IMG/VR virus record: IMGVR_UViG_3300043407_000036
Location: 1 to 29,086 of that record
Source of the DNA: a virus
Lineage: Duplodnaviria > Caudoviricetes
Length of the DNA stretch: 29,086 nt
Reading direction: 5' to 3' (one strand)
The position numbers and the translations under genes were made by a program. Below the pieces are notes generated by a model that saw only the letters and a program-made list of their open reading frames with translations, was not told the origin of the DNA and made no database searches. Below are positions 1 through 7,895 of the stretch, piece after piece; position 1 is the stretch's first letter; each line of letters begins with the position of its first letter.

Positions 1-40
1 GTTTTCGATGACCCGCCGGGTTTGGGCCAAGAGGGACCCG

Positions 41-871
41 TTAATGGGGTAGGGGCATGGGAAGCTGCTCGGTCATCGGCATTGATTTGGCCAAAATGGC
101 CTGAATCTTTTCCCATTTGGCATCAGAGAAGAAAGGCTGAGCCTTGTACCACCCTTCAACCGGCGCGATGCTCTTGCTGTAGTTGCAACGCTGGCAAGCA
201 GGAACGATATTGCCAAGGTGGTGCTCGCCGCCTTTGCTGATCGGGATGACGTGCTCTATGTGCATGTCTCCATCAGTTCCGCAATAGGCACAGCAATGAT
301 CAAACTCAACCCACCTGCGCCATAGCTGATCAGCGGTCAGCATCAACGCCGTGCTGCCACGTTGCTTAGCTTTGCGGTGTTTGGACTTACCGCGGTGATA
401 CAGCCTAAAGCCTTGGTCGACCATATAACGCCAGTGATGCCGACGCCTTGCTTCTTCTTGTTTATGTTGTCGATACTCATCGGGATGATCGCGCCATCGT
501 GATTGCTGTTCTCGATAGATCAAGCGCACAACACATGGCAGCCGTCCTGCACGCTTTATCGCAGCGTTTAGCATTCGAGCCTCGTGCCATTCAGAGGTGT
601 GTTTGGCGCGTGATGGCCTACCTACCTTGGCGCGTCTTTCGCGCATATATGCGGCAACTCTTGCCTTATGACCTTCAGGGTCGGCCTCTCGTTTTTTGCG
701 CTGCCTTTCAAGCGCATCAATGCGATCGCACAAAATACATCTTCTACCCTTGACGGTTCGCAGCGTTACACCTTCATCCCAAAGGTGATTGCGCTTGCAA
801 GGTGACCCGAGCCTAAAAATCGCCGGGTCGAACGGCTGCCCAGGCTGAGGGATCTCGTAACGTTGTCTCAT
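41..871 (-). CDS. HNH endonuclease (N-terminal Zn-finger-like motif, long basic helical region, C-terminal HNH)
   Basis: 276 aa; C-terminal CAYC...HIEHVIPISKGGEHHLGNIVPACQRCNYSK is a classic HNH/McrA-type motif; N-terminal CKRNH...CILC. Confidence 0.9.
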   Translation of the reverse strand: MRQRYEIPQPGQPFDPAIFRLGSPCKRNHLWDEGVTLRTVKGRRCILCDRIDALERQRKKREADPEGHKARVAAYMRERRAKVGRPSRAKHTSEWHEARMLNAAIKRAGRLPCVVRLIYREQQSRWRDHPDEYRQHKQEEARRRHHWRYMVDQGFRLYHRGKSKHRKAKQRGSTALMLTADQLWRRWVEFDHCCAYCGTDGDMHIEHVIPISKGGEHHLGNIVPACQRCNYSKSIAPVEGWYKAQPFFSDAKWEKIQAILAKSMPMTEQLPMPLPH

Positions 872-933
872 CGGTCTGCGGAATCAGATCGGTCACGGCT
901 TGGGCAGCGTCAACTGCGCCAGGCCACCACATT
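869..933 (+). ncRNA. Candidate structured element (two hairpins) overlapping the 5' end of the HNH gene, copy 1
   Basis: Plus strand: ATCGGTCTG-CGGAAT-CAGATCGGT (9 bp, 2 G-U), CAC, GGCTTGG/GCAG-CGTCAA-CTGC/G/CCAGGCC; covaries with the copy at 4748-4808. Confidence 0.5.
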
Positions 934-1597
934 AACGCGCCGACGCCAGCGCCCTTTCCAGGCTGCTGCGGAGATAGCCGCCGAAACGCCGCTCGGCAAC
1001 CTTGGTACCGATCTGCTGCACAGGAAAGATCGGCCGATATTTCGCAGATGGCAAGCTGACGAACAATGGCCTGAGCTTCTGACCAACGCGCTGATAGACG
1101 CCTGGTGGCCTGTTGCCACCTTTTGGCGTGCCGATGAAAACCGAGTTGCGGCCTGTTGGTCCGATCTGCCCTGTAAGGCGCTTCAAGGCCGCCAGAGACA
1201 CGTTGCCTTGGGCATTGCGCTTGATGCCAACGGGAACCAGTTTGGAGCCGCTCTGGATAGCCCCAGAGGATGCGGCAATGAGCTTCGCCTCAAATGGCTT
1301 CGTGCCGCGTCGACCGCCAGTGATGTTGCGCAGCAGGTATGGCTGCCGCTTTGCCTCAGGAAAGACGATCGCGGTCAAGGTGCGCTTGGTGCTCTTCTCG
1401 ACCCTGTAAGCGTTTTGGATGAACCTCGTAGGACTGTTGAAGTATTGCCTCGTCGAAGCATTAATCGACGTGCGAGCATCAAAGGCTGTGGAGTTAAGGG
1501 CCTGAGAGATGGCAAACGGCAACTGCTTGGTCATCTGGTCAGTCCACCGGATGGCCTTGGGTAGCTCTGAGCGGATGTCGAGGGAGATGGATGCCAT
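932..1597 (-). CDS. Putative tail completion/minor tail protein (lambda gpZ / HK97 gp10-like)
   Basis: 221 aa basic protein with KQLPFAISQALNSTAFDAR and terminal SLERALASAR, typical of gpZ-like proteins; recognition by eye. Confidence 0.6.
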   Translation of the reverse strand: MASISLDIRSELPKAIRWTDQMTKQLPFAISQALNSTAFDARTSINASTRQYFNSPTRFIQNAYRVEKSTKRTLTAIVFPEAKRQPYLLRNITGGRRGTKPFEAKLIAASSGAIQSGSKLVPVGIKRNAQGNVSLAALKRLTGQIGPTGRNSVFIGTPKGGNRPPGVYQRVGQKLRPLFVSLPSAKYRPIFPVQQIGTKVAERRFGGYLRSSLERALASAR

Positions 1598-1640
1598 GCC
1601 CCAAGGGTAAGGCGGAGCCCCTCAAAAGGAGGAGATCGGC

Positions 1641-1805
1641 ACCTGTCAACCTGCCAACCAGGGCTACCTTGCCCCTATAGGCTCTTTTTCCCTGCGGCCC
1701 TCTCCCTCTCTTTATAAATAAATAAAAGGTTAGAAGGTTAGTAAGGATAGAAGAACCCTTGCAGTCCAGTGGATTTGCTTCTGCCTACCTCACCTAGGAG
1801 GTAGG
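1641..1805. repeat. Putative replication origin: iteron-like repeats flanking an AT-rich core
   Basis: ACCTGTCAACCTGCCAACC (1641-1659), pyrimidine tract and TTTATAAATAAATAAA, AGGTTAG x2 plus AGGATAG (1727-1750), inverted repeat CCTACCTC-N6-GAGGTAGG (1784-1805), all at the 3' end of the primase-helicase gene. Confidence 0.6.
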
Positions 1806-3835
1806 ACAAACACCCATTTGCTCCTACCTTCCAACCATGCGCGCTTCTTTTCGTAGCCCAAGTCCCGAAGAATCGAGGCCACCTGCATCTGGTCCGCACG
1901 CCCCTGGCGCTCGACCGGCTTGCTGATCGCCTCGGTGAGAAGCAGCTCGCTGGTGATGGGTCGGCCAGCATTTCGGGGGGCATTGACCCATTCCTGAATG
2001 GCTGACTTCCAGGGGCTATCCACGAGATAGGACTCATTCTCGGCGTCCACCTGTTCGGCATGGTTGCGGGTGAGATGGTTAGGTTCACCAGCACGGTATG
2101 CGGCAACCGCTGCGGACCAGATGGCATCCCGCTCGAGCAATAACCCATCGACTGGGATGTGCGGGGCAGCAGTCACGGGGATGACCCAGAACCGACGGTT
2201 GCCGGTGTCATCGACCAGGAAGCCCGTGTCGCGGTTAGTGCTGCCGACGATGATGGATCGCCTTGGGTAGGACTCAGTGGTCCGCTGATAAGGGGCACGG
2301 AACAGGTCGGTCTGCTGAGTGAGGAATGCCTTCACCTGACCGGCGTGCTTGCGGCCTGTGATGTGATCGAGTTCTGCCCACTCCATCAGCCATGAGCGGT
2401 GGAGCACCATGAGGTCGTCTTTGCTACCGATGTCGCGCAGGGCATCGCTGAACCACAGGCCGCCCAGGTTGCGCCAAAAGGTGGACTTACCGCAGCCTTG
2501 TGGCCCCATGAGGACACAGGCCGAATCATGTTTACAGCCCGGCTCGAAGATGCGGCGGACTGCTGCGATGAGTGTTGCCTTAAGCATGGCGTCGTAGAGA
2601 CTGCCGGGCTTATCGGTGGGCCGCAGGTATGCGGTGGCCAGGGTGTCGATAGGCACGGGTGGCACGTTGTCTGCTACGTGCTCGAGGTATTCCCGCACTG
2701 GGTCATGCGGATTCTCTAATGCGACGACGTGTACGGCATCAGCTGCAAGATCTTTGGTGACCTTGACGCCCTGCTGGGCAAGCTGCAGGTAAAAGTGCTG
2801 GATGTGCTCAATGGGTTTCTGGTCTAGCTCAATCGTCTGAGTGAAGATGTTCCAGCGAAGGCGATCGGCAAGCTGTTGCCTGAGAAGGGTGAGAAGCTCG
2901 TCTGGTTCAAGCTTTAGAAGCTTTTCGGAGCGGGGTGCAAGGTTCTCCTGTCCCTGTGCATGGGCAGAAAGCTGTCGCCGCTCGGATGTGATGACCGGGC
3001 GGCTTTTCTCATGACCGGCCAGGTGAGCGAGGGTGCCAAGGCTGACGCCACCAGATGAAGCGTTGAAGGTCTTCCATTTGGCTTCGCAGATGCCTGCCTC
3101 GAACTTGCCTGAAATGGCCGACCATCGAATCCAGTCTTGGAGAAGGGAGTCATCACCAGCGCTGTGTAGCGCCATGCCGACTTTGACCCAGGTGTCATAG
3201 TCATCGGCATCTGCTGCAGGGATGCGATCGAGAAAATCACGCGCGCGGCTGCTGTCGGTTTCAGGTAGGCGAATCAATGGGGCCGGGTCGGGTTGCTTGC
3301 GCTGCATCTGCTGGAGCAGCGTCGAGGGTGCATCAGCTGCTGGCAACTCGGCAGGTGAGCGGCCCTTTAACCAACGGTAGGCGCCAGTGATCGGGTGGGC
3401 GCCTGCAACCACGGATTGACAGCCGGACCAACGCAGCTCAAGCTGCTCGCCCTTGGTTGAACTGCGTAGCTTGGTGGTCTTGATCGTGGGCCAGAACGGC
3501 TCGGGCACCTGATAAATGATCTGTAGTCGGGCATCACGGCCGGAGGTGACTGCCCAGGACTTTGGAAGCTCGCGAAGTGGTGCGCCTATTTGCTCGAGTA
3601 CTTCGGAGGCGCCGAGGCCATCGTGGTCAACGAACAGAAGGCCGCCGGATTGTGGGCCAGCAATAACGCCAATGGCTACGGCACGACCGGCGAGAATCTC
3701 GACCTTGAGCTGATCTTTGTTGAGGGGATTCTTCTGCCATTCGGGTTGATATGGGCGCTTGTCATTACCGACTGCAACGAGCGCCCATGTATCAGGAAGG
3801 CTCTGGAGTTCTGCGATCAGTGGGTGGGTGGTCAT
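1790..3835 (-). CDS. Primase-polymerase + PriCT-2 + VirE/VapE-family helicase
   Basis: 681 aa; AIGVIAG..SGGLLFVDHDG (prim-pol), DYDTWVKVGMALH..W..WS (PriCT-2), Walker A GPQGCGKST, DDTGNRRFW (VirE). Confidence 0.92.
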   Translation of the reverse strand: MTTHPLIAELQSLPDTWALVAVGNDKRPYQPEWQKNPLNKDQLKVEILAGRAVAIGVIAGPQSGGLLFVDHDGLGASEVLEQIGAPLRELPKSWAVTSGRDARLQIIYQVPEPFWPTIKTTKLRSSTKGEQLELRWSGCQSVVAGAHPITGAYRWLKGRSPAELPAADAPSTLLQQMQRKQPDPAPLIRLPETDSSRARDFLDRIPAADADDYDTWVKVGMALHSAGDDSLLQDWIRWSAISGKFEAGICEAKWKTFNASSGGVSLGTLAHLAGHEKSRPVITSERRQLSAHAQGQENLAPRSEKLLKLEPDELLTLLRQQLADRLRWNIFTQTIELDQKPIEHIQHFYLQLAQQGVKVTKDLAADAVHVVALENPHDPVREYLEHVADNVPPVPIDTLATAYLRPTDKPGSLYDAMLKATLIAAVRRIFEPGCKHDSACVLMGPQGCGKSTFWRNLGGLWFSDALRDIGSKDDLMVLHRSWLMEWAELDHITGRKHAGQVKAFLTQQTDLFRAPYQRTTESYPRRSIIVGSTNRDTGFLVDDTGNRRFWVIPVTAAPHIPVDGLLLERDAIWSAAVAAYRAGEPNHLTRNHAEQVDAENESYLVDSPWKSAIQEWVNAPRNAGRPITSELLLTEAISKPVERQGRADQMQVASILRDLGYEKKRAWLEGRSKWVFVLPPR

Positions 3836-4229
3836 CCATAGGACCTAGTGGGCTGTCAGAGTTTACGGGATAGGTTGACAGGTTGGAGAGCAGTTGCTGC
3901 GCATCTGTAACAGATCGCGCGATGCCAGCGATGCCACCTGCGCCTTGGACCGTTGCAAGCCATGCCTGCTGCTCTGGCCTGATGCGGCCTGTGGGTGTCT
4001 TGACCTCAATGGACGTGAACACGGCCAGCCTGGTGCCGACCATGGCCGGGGTGACCGTGATGGTGCGCCATCCGATCAGGTCTGCACTGCCGCGCGCAAG
4101 TCCGAAGGTGACGAGCCGGCCGCTGCGTGGATCGGGCAGGCTGCCGACTTGATTGCGGAAGATGCGGGCCTCAGGATGCGTGCCGAGCGCTAGACGGATC
4201 TGCTGTTGGAGGGTGGTCTCGGCGTTCAT
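3792..4229 (-). CDS. VRR-NUC domain nuclease
   Basis: ETTLQQQI...GSADLIG...IEVKTPTGRIRPEQQAWL...GGIAGIARS is the PD-(D/E)XK VRR-NUC signature. Confidence 0.88.
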   Translation of the reverse strand: MNAETTLQQQIRLALGTHPEARIFRNQVGSLPDPRSGRLVTFGLARGSADLIGWRTITVTPAMVGTRLAVFTSIEVKTPTGRIRPEQQAWLATVQGAGGIAGIARSVTDAQQLLSNLSTYPVNSDSPLGPMDDHPPTDRRTPEPS

Positions 4230-4750
4230 GCCCCGCGGGCAAAGTCACCATGCAATTCTGCTGCGGCCTTGCAGTAGGCCATGTGGGCTAGTTCGGGGGT
4301 CAAGAAGTAACCAAGATGAATATTTTTGTAGTTTATCGTAATCGATGAAAACCATTTTTGCTCTCTTTCCTTCCAATGAGCGCCCTTGAGTCCAGATTTA
4401 CTTTTTTTACTTGGAGCCTTGTTCCTAGCGTTTTGCATTTGTGTCGCCAGCCGTAAGTTTGAAAACTTATTGTTCAATCTATTGCCGTCAATATGATCAA
4501 TTTGCAAATCACATGGATCCTTGCGAGTCATAATATACCAGATTAACCTGTGCGCCTTAAAAACATAAAACTTTTTATCTATTGTTGTTGCGATTGCCAA
4601 ATAACCGTTTTGCGTTATCGTCCCAGCCCTTTGTCCTGCTTTTATTTTTCTACCAACTGAAACTTTATAAGTTATTACACCTAAATCTGGTTGATAATCA
4701 AAAAGTTTGTCTAGAAGCTCTAAGGGGGGCAGTGGCTTAGCTTTGGTCAT
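4226..4750 (-). CDS. HNH endonuclease with AP2 domain (putative homing endonuclease)
   Basis: AHRLIW..DHIDGNRLNNKFSNLRLAT..QN (HNH_3) followed by SGLKGAHW..KWFSSI..HLGYF..PELAHMAY (AP2); visibly AT-rich; start set at ATG 4750 to avoid overlap with the helicase. Confidence 0.9.
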   Translation of the reverse strand: MTKAKPLPPLELLDKLFDYQPDLGVITYKVSVGRKIKAGQRAGTITQNGYLAIATTIDKKFYVFKAHRLIWYIMTRKDPCDLQIDHIDGNRLNNKFSNLRLATQMQNARNKAPSKKSKSGLKGAHWKEREQKWFSSITINYKNIHLGYFLTPELAHMAYCKAAAELHGDFARGA

Positions 4751-4808
4751 CACTCGGTTGTGCGGGTGGTCATGCCTCTGGCGTTGACGCGCGCAGGGGC
4801 GCCTCATT
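4748..4808 (+). ncRNA. Candidate structured element (two hairpins) overlapping the 5' end of the HNH-AP2 gene, copy 2
   Basis: Plus strand: ATCACTCG-GTTGTG-CGGGTGGT (8 bp, 2 G-U), CAT, GCCTCTG/GCG-TTGACG-CGC/G/CAGGGGC; minus-strand TACAAT -10-like box at 4806-4811. Confidence 0.5.
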
Positions 4809-4818
4809 GTATAGCTCC

Positions 4819-6168
4819 TTATCGCTGCTGCCTTGCATTGTGGACCCGGTGAGCCCAACCCGGGGAGTAGCCGCGCTCTTTGGCTACAGCAAGCAGATCG
4901 GCGAGAGTGCGGGCTTTCTTCCGCTCCTTGACTCGCTGTCGAATGCCCTCGCGTTTGAGTTCTTGCAACTCACCGGCCACCTGCTTCAGTTCCCGCGGTG
5001 ATGCTGTGCATTGAGCCCCACAGCATGGGCAAATCGGTGCGGGCTTGAACGCTGCGAAGCATTCGGGGCATGTCCGAACCGATGGTGCTGATTGGCCTGA
5101 TGCGCGCGGTGCCCCATGCTCAAGTGACCATGGCCGTACATCATCCGGCCAGCCGTGGCGGGTGACATTGCCAACGTGGTCGAGGATGATGGCGTGCTTC
5201 TTACCTGGCGCTGGCCTGAGCACCCGGCCGACCTGCTGCAGGTATAGGCCGAGCGACTGAGTGGGCCTGAGCAAGATGGCGCATCCTGCTGCCGGTATGT
5301 CGAAGCCCTCGCTGACCACATCAACGGTCACGAGGATGCGGGTCTCACCAGTGGCGAATCGGCCGACTACGGCATCGCGGTCTGAAGTATTACCAAGTAA
5401 TAATTCAGAGCTGATACCAACTGTTGCAAATGAGTCCCGAACCGAGACGGCATGGTTCACGTTGCAGCAGAACGCGATCGCCTGTTGATCGCCGGCCAGT
5501 GTTTGGTAGTGCTTGATTGCATCACCAGTCACCGTTGGTCGGGTCATGGCATCCGCGGCTTGGTCGATGGCGTAATCGCCGGCGCGGCGCTTCAGTCCAG
5601 ACAGATCAGCAACCATGGGTGGTGCATAGATGCGGGCAGGTGACAGGTAGCCGGCTGATGTGAGCATCTGCACCGATGGACCCTCGATCAATGTGTCGAA
5701 GACGTTGCCGAGACCTTTGCCGTCAAGCCTGCATGGCGTGGCAGTGACGCCAATGCGCAGCACGCCTGGCCAGTGGTTGATGATGGCCTGCCAGCTGCCA
5801 GCTGCTGCATGGTGGGCTTCGTCAATGATGATCAGATCTGGTGGCTTGGTGATCTTCTGCAATCGGCGGATGAGCGTTTGCACCGATGCGACCTGAATTG
5901 ATGCGTTTGCACCATCCATCCCGGCGGCGATGATGCCATGGGCCACGCCTGCATCGGTGAGCTTGCGGCTGGCTTGGGTGACCAGTTCACGGCGATGGAC
6001 CAGAACCAGACCGCTGCGGCCTTTGGCTGCGGTTGCTGCAGCGATAGCTGAGAAGATCACGGTCTTGCCAGCGCCGGTTGGGGCAACCAGTAGGGGGGCC
6101 TGGGCGCCATTGCGGAACGCAGCGCGCAGATCGTTGATGGCCTGCTGCTGGTATGGGCGAAGGTTCAA
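4819..6168 (-). CDS. SF2 DEAH-box helicase with C-terminal Zn finger
   Basis: LRPYQ, APTGAGKT, DEAH, TATP, EGFDIP, QQVGRVLR, CPEC..CPCC; TTG start. Confidence 0.95.
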   Translation of the reverse strand: MNLRPYQQQAINDLRAAFRNGAQAPLLVAPTGAGKTVIFSAIAAATAAKGRSGLVLVHRRELVTQASRKLTDAGVAHGIIAAGMDGANASIQVASVQTLIRRLQKITKPPDLIIIDEAHHAAAGSWQAIINHWPGVLRIGVTATPCRLDGKGLGNVFDTLIEGPSVQMLTSAGYLSPARIYAPPMVADLSGLKRRAGDYAIDQAADAMTRPTVTGDAIKHYQTLAGDQQAIAFCCNVNHAVSVRDSFATVGISSELLLGNTSDRDAVVGRFATGETRILVTVDVVSEGFDIPAAGCAILLRPTQSLGLYLQQVGRVLRPAPGKKHAIILDHVGNVTRHGWPDDVRPWSLEHGAPRASGQSAPSVRTCPECFAAFKPAPICPCCGAQCTASPRELKQVAGELQELKREGIRQRVKERKKARTLADLLAVAKERGYSPGWAHRVHNARQQR

Positions 6169-6172
6169 TGAG

Positions 6173-6201
6173 TTGCCGCGTATGCGCCGATGCTATACGA
6201 T
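6173..6201 (+). promoter_or_regulatory. sigma70-like promoter for the recombination operon, in the divergent helicase/RecE gap
   Basis: TTGCCG (6173-6178), 17 nt, TACGAT (6196-6201); ATG at 6222. Confidence 0.5.
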
Positions 6202-6221
6202 GTGGCCTGTTGCGCTACGCC

Positions 6222-7061
6222 ATGGACAACGCCGCATATCACGCCCATCCAGCCGTGAGCAAAAGCCACCTCGATCTGGTGGCCAAAAGCCCGCTGCACT
6301 ATTGGGCGCGCTACATAGATCCGAAGCGCGAGCTGCCTGACCCGACGCCAGCAATGCGGATCGGAACCGCGCTGCATACGCTGGTGCTTGAACAGGATCA
6401 ATTCGAGGAGCGTTACATCACAGCGCCGCATGTGGATCGCCGCACCAAGGCCGGAAAGGAAGCGTGGGCCGAGTTTGAGGTTGAGGCTGGCGACCGTGAA
6501 CTGATCGCGGCCGATGATCGCGCACAGATCAGCCGGATGGCCGAGGCTGTGTGGGCGCACCCTGCTGCTGCGGCTTTGCTGCACTGGGAGGGCAAAGCCG
6601 AGACCACCCACATGTGGACAGATCCGGCAACGGACCTGGCCTGCAAATGCCGACCGGACTGGCTGACCAATGATGGCCGGTTGATCGTTGACCTGAAGAC
6701 AACCGAGGACGCCAGCCCGGCAGGATTCCGCAAGTCAATCGGGGCATTCAGGTATCACGTCCAAGCCAGCTGGTATCTGGACGGGGTGCAGGCTGCAACT
6801 GGCAAGCGACCTGAGCAATTCTTGTTTTTGTGTGTGGAGAAAAAGCCACCCTATGCCGTTGCTGTCTATGCTGCGGCGCCAGTGATTGTGACCATTGGCG
6901 CCGAAACTGCCGCACGCGACCTGGATGTGCTCGCCACCTGCAAGCAGGCTGGCGCGTGGCCCGGTTACAGCGACCAGATCGAACCGATCAGCCTCCCCGG
7001 CTGGATGATGCCGCGGCCAGATGGATCAATGGAACAACTACCTGAGATTGAGACCTACTGA
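6222..7061 (+). CDS. RecE/exonuclease VIII-like PD-(D/E)XK nuclease (DUF3799-like)
   Basis: YHAHPAVSKSHL, GTALHTLVLE, CKCRPDWL, IVDLKTT, YHVQASWY, VEKKPPY; start placed at MDNAAYH. Confidence 0.9.
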   Translation: MDNAAYHAHPAVSKSHLDLVAKSPLHYWARYIDPKRELPDPTPAMRIGTALHTLVLEQDQFEERYITAPHVDRRTKAGKEAWAEFEVEAGDRELIAADDRAQISRMAEAVWAHPAAAALLHWEGKAETTHMWTDPATDLACKCRPDWLTNDGRLIVDLKTTEDASPAGFRKSIGAFRYHVQASWYLDGVQAATGKRPEQFLFLCVEKKPPYAVAVYAAAPVIVTIGAETAARDLDVLATCKQAGAWPGYSDQIEPISLPGWMMPRPDGSMEQLPEIETY

Positions 7062-7717
7062 TGACTGACTCCACAGCACTAACCACCACCAGCTCTGGCT
7101 CGGTGTTCTCCGGGATCCAAGCATTTGAGGACGCCCAGCGGATTGCCAAGGCCCTGGCCAGCAGCACGTTGATCCCGCCGCAGTTTCAAGGGCAACAGGG
7201 ATTCGCCAACTGCCTGGTCGCCTTGGAGATTGCGAACCGAATGCGGATGAGCCCGTTCCAGGTTATGCAGAACCTGCATATCATCCATGGCCGCCCTAGC
7301 TGGAGCAGCCAATTCATTATTGGTCTGATCAATGGCTGCGGCCGCTTCAGCCCGTTGAGGTACGAGGTGACCGGCCAGGGTGACACGTTGGCTTGCACCT
7401 GCGTCGCTACCGAACTGGCCAGTGGCAATGACCTCCGCGGCCCAACCGTCACCATGGTGATGGCCAAAAAGGAAGGCTGGAGCACCAAGTCGGGCAGCAA
7501 GTGGCTAACCCTCCCGGATTTGATGATTAGGTATAGAGCCGCGGCCTTCTGGGGCCGTCTCTACATCCCCGAACTGCTGGTGGGCATTCAGAGCCAGGAA
7601 GAGGTGGTTGATATCGAGCCGGTGACGGTCAAGTCTGAACCACCCAAGACCAGCCTGGATCAGCTCAATGCAACGATTGCACAACCTGCGGAGGTGATCG
7701 CCGATGACCTGTTCTGA
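7061..7717 (+). CDS. RecT/Red-beta-like single-strand annealing protein
   Basis: Coupled to the RecE-like gene; ANCLVALE..SPFQVMQNL..IHGRPSWSS..AKKEGW..SKW..PDLMIRYRAAAF. Confidence 0.8.
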   Translation: MTDSTALTTTSSGSVFSGIQAFEDAQRIAKALASSTLIPPQFQGQQGFANCLVALEIANRMRMSPFQVMQNLHIIHGRPSWSSQFIIGLINGCGRFSPLRYEVTGQGDTLACTCVATELASGNDLRGPTVTMVMAKKEGWSTKSGSKWLTLPDLMIRYRAAAFWGRLYIPELLVGIQSQEEVVDIEPVTVKSEPPKTSLDQLNATIAQPAEVIADDLF

Positions 7718-7895
7718 GTTTTTGACTGACCTGCAACTGGCTGAGCGGTGGCACCTCCACCGCCAGACGTTGATCAGGTGGCGGTCCAGTAATACTGGGC
7801 CTGCTTTTACCAAGATCAACGGTCGCGTGCTCTATCCCCTGGCCGAGGTGGAGCAATACGAAAAGGCCAACACCATTACCCCTGACAATCAATGA
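7704..7895 (+). CDS. Excisionase/AlpA-like HTH DNA-binding protein
   Basis: FLTDLQLAERW..TLIRWR..GPAFTKINGRVLYPLAEV. Confidence 0.85.
   Translation: MTCSEFLTDLQLAERWHLHRQTLIRWRSSNTGPAFTKINGRVLYPLAEVEQYEKANTITPDNQ

Noticed and set aside
863-1564. 233-aa plus-strand ORF
   Set aside because: Antisense shadow of the gpZ-like gene with no recognisable motifs; such shadows are common in GC-rich DNA.
4745-4773. Box C/D-like reading (GTGATGA near ATGA) suggesting a K-turn or TIGR-type guide array
   Set aside because: The pairing is not canonical, copy 1 fits worse, there is no tandem array, and no Nop-domain protein was recognised.
4751-4858. Longer N-termini given by the ORF track (HNH-AP2 from 4858, RecE from 6153, gpI from 22630 and others)
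   Set aside because: They overlap neighbouring genes or regulatory elements; downstream starts fit the domain boundaries better.
7704-7895. Excisionase as evidence of a temperate lifestyle
   Set aside because: The HTH fold alone is not diagnostic, and no integrase or repressor lies in the window.
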